NCBI GenBank assembly: GCA_965261455.1
Contig: OZ253453.1
Coordinates: 1,366,374-1,430,373 of the forward strand
Source of the DNA: Dehalococcoidia bacterium
GTDB lineage: Bacteria; Chloroflexota; Dehalococcoidia; SHYB01
DNA length: 64,000 nucleotides
Direction: 5' to 3'
Part shown: in pieces, positions 38,442-47,506 of the stretch
How the letters are laid out: each line of letters opens with the position of its first letter
How positions within the stretch are numbered: the stretch's first letter is position 1
Program-made: the position numbers and the translations under genes
Notes under the pieces: model-generated
The model's input: only the letters and a program-made list of their open reading frames with translations
Told to the model about the DNA's origin: nothing
Database searches by the model: none

Positions 38442-39899
38442 ATGGCGGCGGCTTCGAGCAAATCGGCGGCGATTCGCGCAAAGCTGACGCATCCGATCAT
38501 CGATGCGGACGGCCACCTCATCGAGGTCACGCCGGTGCTCTACGACTATGTCCGCGCCGAGGGCGGCGAGGGAGTGGTCCGGCGGCTCAAGGCGGAGATT
38601 GAGCAGTCTCACTGGACGCGGCTCTCGCCCGGCGAACGGCGCGGCGCGCGGGTGCCCGCCATCACGTGGTGGCTTGTCCCCGCCAAGAACGGTCTCGACC
38701 GGGCGACGGCAATGATCCCCCGCCTTCTCGCCGAGCGTCTCGACGGTCTCGGTCTCGACTTCTGCGTCCTCTACCCCTCGCTAGGGCTGGACTTCCCCCA
38801 TCTGGCCGACGAGGAGCTCCGGCGGGTCTCCTGCCGGGCCTACAACAAGTACGTCGCCGAGATGTACGCCCCCTATGCGCGGCAAATGACGACGGCTGCG
38901 GTGATTCCGATGCACACCCCCGAAGAGGGGATCGAGGAGCTTGAGTTCGCCTCGCGGACGCTTGGCCTGAAGACCGCCATGATCGCGGGCCACGTCCACC
39001 GCCCCATCGGCGAGGCCCGGCGCGAGCATCTGGGGGCGATTGGGCAATACGGCCCTCAGCGCGGCTCGTGGTACGACACCTTCGGCGAGGACAGCGAGTA
39101 CGACTACGATCCCTTCTGGGCCAAGGCCGTCGAGCTAGGGATGCCTCTGGCGGCGCACTCGTCCGGTTTTGGGTTCACCAACAACTCCAACGTCAACAAT
39201 TTCATGCAGAACCACCTCGGCCACTTCGCCAATGCGGCCAACCTACTGTGCAAGTCGCTGTTCTTTAGTGGAGTAACCCATCGCTTCCCCGCGCTCCGCA
39301 TCGCCTTCCTGGAATGTGGAGCGGGTTGGGCCGCCGACCTCTACGCCGGCATCATCGCCCGCTGGGAGAAGCGCAACCCCGAGGCCCTGCAAGGCATCGA
39401 CCCTCGCCAGCTTGACGAGGACCGTGTCATGGAGCTTTTCGCGGCCTACGGCGACGAGAAGACCGCGGGCAGGGTCGAAGAGATCAAGGCGTCGCTTCGT
39501 TCGCCGAGCCTGTTCGCCGCGCAGAACGCGCCCGATGATCTCAACGACTTCTCCCGGTCCGGCATCACGAAGCCGGAGGACATCCACGACCGCTTCGTCC
39601 CCAACTTCTTCTTCGGCTGCGAGGCCGACGACCCCATGAACGCCGTCGCCTTCGACTCCAAGATCGCCCCGTTCGGCGCGCGCGTCGGCGCAATGCTCAG
39701 CTCCGACATCGGCCACTGGGACGTCATCGACATGCGTGACGTAGTCGAGGAAGCCTACGAGATGGTCGAGCACGGCCTCATGACCGCCGACGACTTCCGC
39801 GACTTCACCTTCGCCAACCCCCTCCGCTTCTTCACCGACCTCAACCCCGCCTTCTTCGACGGCACCGTCATCGAAGCCGAGGCCAAGGCCGCGCGGTAA
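38442..39899 (+). CDS. Amidohydro_2-superfamily protein, tandem paralogue 4 of 4 (lacks the repeat-encoded C-terminal tail)
   Basis: MAAASSKSAAIRAKLTHPIIDADGHLIEVTPV.... Ends ...AEAKAAR. Confidence 0.8.
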   Translation: MAAASSKSAAIRAKLTHPIIDADGHLIEVTPVLYDYVRAEGGEGVVRRLKAEIEQSHWTRLSPGERRGARVPAITWWLVPAKNGLDRATAMIPRLLAERLDGLGLDFCVLYPSLGLDFPHLADEELRRVSCRAYNKYVAEMYAPYARQMTTAAVIPMHTPEEGIEELEFASRTLGLKTAMIAGHVHRPIGEARREHLGAIGQYGPQRGSWYDTFGEDSEYDYDPFWAKAVELGMPLAAHSSGFGFTNNSNVNNFMQNHLGHFANAANLLCKSLFFSGVTHRFPALRIAFLECGAGWAADLYAGIIARWEKRNPEALQGIDPRQLDEDRVMELFAAYGDEKTAGRVEEIKASLRSPSLFAAQNAPDDLNDFSRSGITKPEDIHDRFVPNFFFGCEADDPMNAVAFDSKIAPFGARVGAMLSSDIGHWDVIDMRDVVEEAYEMVEHGLMTADDFRDFTFANPLRFFTDLNPAFFDGTVIEAEAKAAR

Positions 39900-39935
39900 G
39901 CAAGGCCACCGCACAACCGTGCCGACCCTCTCGTA

Positions 39936-39957
39936 GGGGCGAGTCGCGACTCGCCCT
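39936..39957. terminator. bidirectional hairpin terminator candidate between convergent genes (GGGCGAGTC-gc-GACTCGCCC)
   Basis: 9-bp perfect stem located between the stop at 39899 (+) and the stop at 39967 (-). Confidence 0.45.
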
Positions 39958-39966
39958 CCCCCGCCG

Positions 39967-40806
39967 CTACGCCTTCCAGGGCGTGGCAAGCTCCTCCGGG
40001 GTAGCGAGCCCCATCTCCTCGACGAACGGGCGGGCGACGATCGACTTGCCGGTGAACGCGATGGGGTTGGCGCAGGTGGCGATGTAGGCCGCGGCCTTCG
40101 CCGGTATCCACACGCCGTGCGTGTCCGACCTATCGATATTGACGTTCGACACATTGCCGCCCTGGGTGTCGGTGTGGCGCTCGGTGAGCGTGTGGCCCGG
40201 GTCGAGGTTGAGCACGGCAATGTTGTGCTCCGCGACCTCCTTGGCGAGGGCCGGGGCGATCCGGTGCGACGCCGCCTTGGTCACGGGATAGCCGATGCCC
40301 GTCGAGCCCTTGCCCGGCATGCCCGCGGTGTCGTGCTGCGCGGCCCCCGAGGTCAGGTTGATGATGACGCCGCCTCCCTGCTCGATCATCACCGGCAGGC
40401 AAAGGTGATGGAAGAGAAGGACGGCACGGAAGTTCGTGTCGATCATCGCTTCGAGGTCGCTCCAGTCGGTATCGACGAGCTTGCTCACGTAGCCGCTGTC
40501 GGCGTAGCGCGCGTTGTTCACCATCACGTCGAGGCGCCCAAGCTGGCTGATCGTGTCATCGAAGACTTGGCGGACATTGTCCATGTCACGCAGGTCGAGG
40601 CGCATGGGAACGGCCCGCCCGCCCGCGGCCTCGACCTCCTCAGCGGTCTGCCCGATCGTGCCCGGCCAGTTATTCACCGCACGCTCCGCCACAGACCGCG
40701 CCGTCACGACGACCGTGAACCCCAGCCGCCCAAGCTCAATCGAGATTCCCTTGCCCACGCCCCGGCTCGCGCCGGTCACCAACGCCACCTTTGATTCGTT
40801 CGCCAT
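39967..40806 (-). CDS. SDR-family (short-chain dehydrogenase/reductase) oxidoreductase
   Basis: VALVTGASRGVGKGI (TGxxxGxG) and YPVTKAA (YxxxK). Confidence 0.8.
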   Translation of the reverse strand: MANESKVALVTGASRGVGKGISIELGRLGFTVVVTARSVAERAVNNWPGTIGQTAEEVEAAGGRAVPMRLDLRDMDNVRQVFDDTISQLGRLDVMVNNARYADSGYVSKLVDTDWSDLEAMIDTNFRAVLLFHHLCLPVMIEQGGGVIINLTSGAAQHDTAGMPGKGSTGIGYPVTKAASHRIAPALAKEVAEHNIAVLNLDPGHTLTERHTDTQGGNVSNVNIDRSDTHGVWIPAKAAAYIATCANPIAFTGKSIVARPFVEEMGLATPEELATPWKA

Positions 40807-40884
40807 AGCATCCCTCCGCAATCGCATTGCTCCAGACCGCCCCTATGCTATAGTCAGCCCGCAACCCCTTCAAGAAGCCGGCGC

Positions 40885-41062
40885 GAAGTCTTTACTCCTC
40901 TCCCTCTGGAGACCCTTGCAAAACCGACTGGGGTCCTGGCGGGGGGAGCGGAGGTGGCATTCACTTAAACCTCTCCCCCTCTGGGGGAGACTGAGAGAGG
41001 GTGGGGGAGGCGGGGGCCGTGCGACCTTGCTGAAGCCCGCCCGTCGAGTTACGCAAAGGTCT
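40885..41062. repeat. modular intergenic hairpin repeat (M1+M2 variant)
   Basis: ctctccctctggagacccttgcaaaaccgactggggtcctggcggggggagcggaggtggcattcacttaaacctctccccctctgggggagactgagagaggg..., matching the 30661 copy. Confidence 0.8.
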
Positions 41063-41091
41063 CCTCTGGGAGCGGGTTGGGGCGAGAGCAC

Positions 41092-42243
41092 ATGCACTAC
41101 GAAGTCATCTCGACCGACGACCACCTGCAGGAATCTTCGACGGTGTGGACCGACCGCATGTCGAAGAGCAAGTGGGGCGGCAAGGTCCCCCACATACGTG
41201 AAGTCGAGGGCGGCAACGAGCGGTGGCACATCTGGGACATCCCGATGCAGCGGAGCCTGGGCACCGTGCAAGGCGCCGTCGCCGGTGAGTTCCCCGACGG
41301 ACTCGGCCCCGACCGCTGGGAGGACATGCCCAGGAAGACCTACGTCCCCACGGAGCGCCTCAAGGCGATGGAAGAGGACGGCGTCGACGTCCACACGTTC
41401 TTCAGCAACATCGCCGGCGTCGCCGGGCAGACGTTCAGCAACCCCATCTATGCGGACGTCGACTTCCGCATGGAGTGCATCCGCGCCTACAACGATTGGC
41501 AGATCGAAGAATGGGCCGATCCCTACCCCGGACGCTTCATCACCATCGCGCTCGTGCCGCTGTGGGACGCCGAGCTCGCCGCCGCCGAAGTCCGCCGGAT
41601 GCACGAGCGCGGCGTGAAGGCGATCTCCTTCTCCTTCCCCCAGCAGTTCAACTATCCCCACATCTCCGACCCATTCTGGGACCCGTTCTGGCAGGCGGCG
41701 CAGGACGCCGGCCTGTCGGTCAACCTCCACATCGGCTCGGGCGGCAGCATCGGCATCATCAACGAAAGCTGGAGCGGACGGGGCCGCATGGTGCAGGTCG
41801 CCGACGGCAGCACCAAGGGGCTGGCGTCGAACATCCAGGTGATGAGCACCCTCCTCTACTCCGGCATCTTCGACCGCTTCCCCACCCTCAAATTCGTCTC
41901 ATCGGAAAGCGGCCTGGGGTGGGCGCCCTATCTGCTGGAGACCGCCGACCACCAGTGGGAGTCGCAGCGCCTCTACAAGCACGGCATGCCCACCAAGCCG
42001 AGCGAGCTCTTCCACCGCCAGTGTTACATCAACTTCTGGTATGAAGAGACCGGCATCGCCCTCCGCCACGCCATCGGCATCGACAACATCATGTGGGAGT
42101 CCGACTTCCCCCACCCCACCGGCTCCTACCCCAACTCGCGCGCCTACATCGAGCGCACCCTCGCCGGCGTTCCCGAGGACGAGCGGCGCAAGATGCTCGT
42201 CGAGAACGCCATCCGCGTCTTCAACCTCGACGCGCAAGCCTAG
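41092..42243 (+). CDS. Amidohydro_2 family protein
   Basis: ISTDDHLQESSTVW N-terminal motif. ATG 41092 preferred over TTG 41077. Confidence 0.8.
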   Translation: MHYEVISTDDHLQESSTVWTDRMSKSKWGGKVPHIREVEGGNERWHIWDIPMQRSLGTVQGAVAGEFPDGLGPDRWEDMPRKTYVPTERLKAMEEDGVDVHTFFSNIAGVAGQTFSNPIYADVDFRMECIRAYNDWQIEEWADPYPGRFITIALVPLWDAELAAAEVRRMHERGVKAISFSFPQQFNYPHISDPFWDPFWQAAQDAGLSVNLHIGSGGSIGIINESWSGRGRMVQVADGSTKGLASNIQVMSTLLYSGIFDRFPTLKFVSSESGLGWAPYLLETADHQWESQRLYKHGMPTKPSELFHRQCYINFWYEETGIALRHAIGIDNIMWESDFPHPTGSYPNSRAYIERTLAGVPEDERRKMLVENAIRVFNLDAQA

Positions 42244-42336
42244 CCGGAACGGAGGCGCGGCCCTTGGCGCAACTCTCACGGGACGTGAAGGTCGTGGAGT
42301 CGGGAGAATCTATACGGCAGACGGCGGCGGCGATAT

Positions 42337-43356
42337 CTAAACGGCTGGGGCGGCCCAGTCGGCCAAGGCCTGGAGATCATGCGCCCAGAAGAGTATCAAT
42401 CCTTGCTTTTGGGCGGCCTGGAGATTGTGCACTTTGTAGACGCCGCTCAACACCGCGACTGGTACGATCTGACGTTCGCCGAACTCACGGAGCCACACTT
42501 CGGCCTTCGCAGCCGCGTCGTTGTTCAGCCTCTTAACTGAGTTGGTTGACGAATTCGACACCTTGCACTCGATCGCCACCAGACGGCTGTCCCGCAGAGT
42601 CACGACAAAGTCCGCCTTTCGGCTCCCAAGCAGGCTTTCGCCACAGAACTCACCCGGTCTCGGCGCGTTCGACATCGTTGTGATCGTCCTCTGCTCGACC
42701 TGAGTGAATCCATTGGAAGAAAAAAGCTCCCCAACCTTCTTCTCCTGCGCTTCCTTCCCCTCGCTGCGCCTCTTGGTCGCCGCGCGGCTCGCGGCGATGA
42801 GCGCCGCCGACGCCAAGACCGCGCCTTCCCGCTCAGGCCCAGTTGGGCCGCGGCCCTCAGACACCCAAGCGAAACGGCGGCGATCTAGCGCCTGAAGCAC
42901 TACCTCGACGATTCGCTGTGCGAGGTCTGGGTCTTCGCGAAGACGCTTCGCGGAGAGAGAACCTTCTACGAGGACTTTCAAGTCGTCCACGGAAATCGGC
43001 GGGCCCGCGAGATAGCGGACCGCATCCAACAAGTGTTCGTCGGTGAGAACTTGGACAGCTTGCTCTTGAAGCTCCGCGAGGTCGTCCGTTGTCTCCAGCA
43101 GTGTTTTGATGTGCTTTTCGTACGCATCAAACGCTTGGAGGTAGCCCTCCAACGACTCGTCTAGGCGCTCCGTGCGGAATTGCTCTATGGCGAGGAGCCG
43201 GTCGCGCTCTAACTCCTCAGCACTCCAGCGGGGCGGGCTCTGCCGGCTAACCAACCGTAACAACTCCAGAAGCCAGCATCTCGGGAGCCGGAACGAGGAC
43301 TCGCTCCATCTCTTTCGGCTCGAACTTGACGAGCCCGCCGGCGTAGGTCCGTCCAT
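42337..43356 (-). CDS. type II restriction endonuclease candidate (PD-(D/E)xK fold), partner of adjacent MTase
   Basis: RKADFVVTLRDSRLVAIECKVSNSS fits D...(E/D)xK. Overlaps the 3' end of the MTase gene. AT-rich codons (tta, ata, aaa). Start uncertain (43374/43356, or TTG near 43240). Confidence 0.55.
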   Translation of the reverse strand: MDGPTPAGSSSSSRKRWSESSFRLPRCWLLELLRLVSRQSPPRWSAEELERDRLLAIEQFRTERLDESLEGYLQAFDAYEKHIKTLLETTDDLAELQEQAVQVLTDEHLLDAVRYLAGPPISVDDLKVLVEGSLSAKRLREDPDLAQRIVEVVLQALDRRRFAWVSEGRGPTGPEREGAVLASAALIAASRAATKRRSEGKEAQEKKVGELFSSNGFTQVEQRTITTMSNAPRPGEFCGESLLGSRKADFVVTLRDSRLVAIECKVSNSSTNSVKRLNNDAAAKAEVWLREFGERQIVPVAVLSGVYKVHNLQAAQKQGLILFWAHDLQALADWAAPAV

Positions 43357-44971
43357 CGCTGAGACGCACCTCATTCGACAGGTAGTCGCGGAGCGTTTCC
43401 AAGGCGAGCGGCGACAGGGGCTCCCTCGGATATATTCCGTGCGCGATGTTGAGAAGCCGCGCCCCGATGGGATTCAGGGCAAAGGCCGGCGGGCGCCTCG
43501 CCATATAGGTAGCGACGATCGGCGCGGGAGGGCGCAAGTTCACCGCCCACCAGCACTTCCGGTTCTTCGCCACGTAGCCTTCGTGAGCGCCCAAGAGTCG
43601 GGCAACGTGCAGGAATCGTTCGACGGACTTTCGGTCCTCTGTATCAAGGACATCAAGGCCCTCCGGCAGATCAATTACGTACCGGAGGCGCGCCGCATCC
43701 GTCAATACCCCCGACGAGTCGATGATTTCTCTGGCCCTCGTAACGGTGGGGGTGAGGACCCTCGCCGGAAGGCCCTGACTGTGGGCTCCCGCTATCCAAA
43801 CGCGGTTGCTCCCCGTCACAGACCCCCTATGTACACGGCACAACTCGCCAAGCTCGACAAAACCGGCGGGTGCCGCCCGGCGCTTCCCAGGCAGATTGCT
43901 CCAGCGCCTTTCAGTTGCTAGCTGCTCCCGGGGAACGGGATGGCCAGTCTCTAGGTTGCCAAGGTCGTCAATGGTGCCGACCTTTCGGAACCTCACATGC
44001 TCGGAAGGGCTCCCCACCTTGAACGTGGTAATGACGCCCGTTGTGGCTGCGTCGGGAAACGGCTGCGCGGCAGGGTCTACGATCGTGAGCGTCTGCGCGT
44101 GCAAAGACCTGACCAACAGGTCTCGCACGAGCCGTCCATAGTTGACGTCGAGCCACTCCGCCGCGGTAACGAATACGCCATAGTCGCCAGGCTGCGCTTT
44201 TAGTAACGTCGAGAGGAAGAAGTGTGCGTGCAGTCCAGCTAGCTGGCTCGCTCGGAAATCCCGCGCGTCTGCCTCGCGCGTAAGCCATTCCTTCCACTGC
44301 GAATCGATTAGGTGATGCCTAACGTACGGAGGGTTGCCGACAAACAACGTCGGCCCGTCGGCTAGAGGAATCTCAACGCTCCTGTAGTCCTCGACGAGGA
44401 CACTGCTTCGCTGCGAGAAGCCGGCGAGGGCCAGATTGGCGCGGGACACCATGGCGGCCAAGGGATCCACCTCGACGCCGACGAGGTCCGCCTTCGGGAA
44501 GGCGCTACCGGCGGCTAGCAGGAAGCGGCCGGACCCGGCGCCGACATCTACGACGCGATCCGGCGGGCCGTGTCGCCGCCCCCAAGCGATCATCGCTTCG
44601 ACAATCGGCCATGGCGTATAGGTGGCCCCCAACTTGCGGCGCTCGGCGCGGCTCCGGACGATAGCGAAGGCTGCACCCAATGGATCACCGCCCGCAAGCA
44701 CGCGGCGGCGCACTTCGTTCAACTCCGGTGCGGATGGCCGCCACTGCGAGGCAGCCAAGAACGGCGACTCATGCGCTCCGGCGGCAAGGGCGGCCGTTAT
44801 TGCTAGGCGCTCCTCGGTCGCCGCGCAACTCAGCGCGCTTTCCAGACCTTCCGAGGCCGACGCCTCAGCAGTGGACCTCCAGGATTCGAGCGGCGTAAGA
44901 AGGGGCGGACGAAAGACGCCAGTCGCCAAAGCCGAGCGATCGGATTCGGTTGCCGCTGTGAGCCTCGCCAT
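43247..44971 (-). CDS. gamma-class N6-adenine DNA methyltransferase (Eco57I/TaqI-like N6_Mtase with C-terminal target-recognition region)
   Basis: Motif I VVDVGAGSGRFLL and motif IV LFVGNPPYVRH in gamma order. 574 aa. Confidence 0.8.
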   Translation of the reverse strand: MARLTAATESDRSALATGVFRPPLLTPLESWRSTAEASASEGLESALSCAATEERLAITAALAAGAHESPFLAASQWRPSAPELNEVRRRVLAGGDPLGAAFAIVRSRAERRKLGATYTPWPIVEAMIAWGRRHGPPDRVVDVGAGSGRFLLAAGSAFPKADLVGVEVDPLAAMVSRANLALAGFSQRSSVLVEDYRSVEIPLADGPTLFVGNPPYVRHHLIDSQWKEWLTREADARDFRASQLAGLHAHFFLSTLLKAQPGDYGVFVTAAEWLDVNYGRLVRDLLVRSLHAQTLTIVDPAAQPFPDAATTGVITTFKVGSPSEHVRFRKVGTIDDLGNLETGHPVPREQLATERRWSNLPGKRRAAPAGFVELGELCRVHRGSVTGSNRVWIAGAHSQGLPARVLTPTVTRAREIIDSSGVLTDAARLRYVIDLPEGLDVLDTEDRKSVERFLHVARLLGAHEGYVAKNRKCWWAVNLRPPAPIVATYMARRPPAFALNPIGARLLNIAHGIYPREPLSPLALETLRDYLSNEVRLSDGRTYAGGLVKFEPKEMERVLVPAPEMLASGVVTVG

Positions 44972-45131
44972 TCTCGTTCAGCCCTGCTCGAACTTGATTG
45001 CCCCAGCTCTCGCAGCTTCTCATCGAGCCAAGGTTACGGCGCCAGCTTGCGAGAGCTGGGCCGCTTCGTCAAGGGCGACGTGTCAACGCCGTAACATGGT
45101 ACGCGGCGGTGTTACCCACCACCCCGCGCTA

Positions 45132-46271
45132 CTACGCGCTGATGCCGTACAGCCCCGCGGCGTTGTCGTGGAGGATCGCGCGGCGCTCGTCAGCGGCGAC
45201 GTCGGCGTAGTTCTTTTCCAGCGTCTTCGCGGAGTCGGGGAAGGTCGAGCTCTCCAGGGGAAACTCGGAGTACCACATCACGTTCTTGGCCCCGATGACG
45301 TACAGCAGCTTCAGGCCCACCTGGTCGAACGACGTTGTCACGAAGCCCTGGCGATGGAAGATCTCGCTGGGCGCGGTCTTCATCTCGACGTTCTCGCTCT
45401 TCAGGCAGATGCGCTCCCACTCGTGATCGGACACTTCGAGCATGAACGCGAACCAATCGATGCCGGTGGCGCTAAACACGAACTTCACGTCCGGGTGGCG
45501 CTCGCCGACGCCGGAGAAGAGGAAGCGGCAGACGATCATGCCGCTGCTCGAAGGACGGCGCACCACGTCGAACGCCTTGGCCACGGCGGGGTCGAAGCCC
45601 TCGTAGATATGCATCATCAGACTCGGCACGCTGCCCGAGTGGAAGCAGACCGGTACGTCGAGGTCGCCAATCTGCTTCCAGAACAGGTCCCAGTCGGGGT
45701 CGTAGAGGTGCGGCGTGCCGTCGTTGATACGCCACGGAGCCGCGGGGAGAACGATCCCCTTATGACCAGCCTTCACGGCCTTGACCGCGCCCGCCCTCGC
45801 CGCCTCGATTGAGCTGATCGGCACCAGCGCCTGCGGGACGAGGCGGTCGCTGCTCCATGTCTCCAGGAGCCAATCGTTATAGGCGTCGACGCAGGCGGCT
45901 TGGAGCTCGGGGTCTTTGATCGCACCGAGAATCTCGCCGCCGAGGCCCGCGATGTAGGGGTAGAGCACGGCGGCGGCGATGCCGTCCTCGTCCATGGCCT
46001 TCAGGCGCTCGGCGGGATCGTAGCTCGCCGCGGGGACCTGGTCCCACGTCTCGATGTCGAGGTACCGGTCGCCGTTAGAGATAGCGCGGGCGCGGGAGAC
46101 GGGCCACTCGGCCAGGACTTCGCCATCGACCAGCCAGCGGTCACGGCCGTCGGATTGGCGCTCAATGCGGGGGCCGCGCTCCGCCAGGCTCTTGGGCAAG
46201 CGCGACATCCAGAGGTCGGGCGGCTCCTGCACGTGGTCGTCTGAGGAGATGATCGGGAAGTCGAGAGCCAT
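45132..46271 (-). CDS. Amidohydro_2 family protein
   Basis: ISSDDHVQEPPDLW N-terminal motif, 379 aa. Confidence 0.8.
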   Translation of the reverse strand: MALDFPIISSDDHVQEPPDLWMSRLPKSLAERGPRIERQSDGRDRWLVDGEVLAEWPVSRARAISNGDRYLDIETWDQVPAASYDPAERLKAMDEDGIAAAVLYPYIAGLGGEILGAIKDPELQAACVDAYNDWLLETWSSDRLVPQALVPISSIEAARAGAVKAVKAGHKGIVLPAAPWRINDGTPHLYDPDWDLFWKQIGDLDVPVCFHSGSVPSLMMHIYEGFDPAVAKAFDVVRRPSSSGMIVCRFLFSGVGERHPDVKFVFSATGIDWFAFMLEVSDHEWERICLKSENVEMKTAPSEIFHRQGFVTTSFDQVGLKLLYVIGAKNVMWYSEFPLESSTFPDSAKTLEKNYADVAADERRAILHDNAAGLYGISA

Positions 46272-46306
46272 GAGTCGCGCCCCTTCGCCGGCGAGTCGCC
46301 GCGGTG

Positions 46307-47437
46307 TTAGTTGAGCTTGAAGACCTTCTTAGGGTTCTCCACCAGTATCTGGTACTGCTCCTCCTCCGGCACGTTCTGGAACGCCTTGGCCACGAACTCG
46401 TTGGTGTTGGGCCACAGGGAGGTCGGATGGGGGAAGTCGGTCTCCCACATGATCCGGTCGACGCCGATGACGTGGCGGTAGTGTTCCACCGCCGAGCGCT
46501 CGTACCAGAAGTCGACGTAGCAATGCTGCTTGAAGAGGTCGGTGGGACGGGTGGGCAGGCCCTTGTTCCACAACTGGCCCTGCTCCCAAGCGTAATCGCA
46601 GGATTCGAGGAGCCAGGGGAGCCAGCCGATGCCGGTCTCGGCAGCGACCAGGGTGAGCGTGGGGTAGCGGTCGAAGACGCCCGCGAACAGGAAGTTGGCG
46701 AAGTACTGGGGCTGGATGCTGAAGCCCGAGGCGGCGAGCGCGGCGTCGTTGCGGCGATGCTCCTGCGTGGCGTGCTTCTCAATGCGCATGCTCTGCGGGG
46801 CCGCGCCCGAGCCGTGGACGGTGAGCACGAGGTCGAGATCGACGACCGTCTGCCACAGCGGCTCCCAGTAGGGCGAGCTGTAGTTTTCCAGCCCGCGGGT
46901 GTGCGGCGTCCCCACCAGCATCACACCGCGGTGCCCGTTCTTCGCGTTGTGATGGACCTCTTCCAGCGTCTTCTCCATCGAGTAGTAGACAGGGACGGTG
47001 AGGGCCACGAACCGGTTGGGGTTGACGTTGACCCACTCCTCGGTCTGGTAGTCGTTATACACGCGGACGCACGCGGCCTCGAACTCGGGGTCGAGGCCCT
47101 GGAAGCGGTCACCCGAGACGCCCGTCGTGTTGGCGTACATGACCTGGCAGTCGGTGCCCTCGGAGTCCATCGCCTTCATGCGTTCCTCAGCGACGTACAC
47201 GGACGGGGGGATCATGTCCCACCGGTTCGGGTTGGTGACGCGGTCGGGCATGACGGCGGGGCACGTCGAGAGATAGCCCGTCGGCTTGCCATCCACCCAC
47301 CACTCATCACGCTCGGCACTCTGGCGGATGTGGGGGATGCGGTCGCCCCATTTCTCTTTCGACATGCGGCTGGTCCAGGTGTTGGGTTTTTCCTGAATAT
47401 GCGAATCGACGTCGATCCTGCGATAGGGATAGCCCAC
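46307..47437 (-). CDS. Amidohydro_2 family protein
   Basis: IDVDSHIQEKPNTW motif. GTG 47437 with AGGAGG 8 nt upstream. The track's upstream extension to 47692 runs into the repeat element. Confidence 0.75.
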   Translation of the reverse strand: MGYPYRRIDVDSHIQEKPNTWTSRMSKEKWGDRIPHIRQSAERDEWWVDGKPTGYLSTCPAVMPDRVTNPNRWDMIPPSVYVAEERMKAMDSEGTDCQVMYANTTGVSGDRFQGLDPEFEAACVRVYNDYQTEEWVNVNPNRFVALTVPVYYSMEKTLEEVHHNAKNGHRGVMLVGTPHTRGLENYSSPYWEPLWQTVVDLDLVLTVHGSGAAPQSMRIEKHATQEHRRNDAALAASGFSIQPQYFANFLFAGVFDRYPTLTLVAAETGIGWLPWLLESCDYAWEQGQLWNKGLPTRPTDLFKQHCYVDFWYERSAVEHYRHVIGVDRIMWETDFPHPTSLWPNTNEFVAKAFQNVPEEEQYQILVENPKKVFKLN

Positions 47438-47506
47438 GGTATTCCTCCTGAATTGCGGCCCGCGTTCCCGCGCTCTGATTCGGCCCGCCTGCGCCCCTGA
47501 GAGTAG

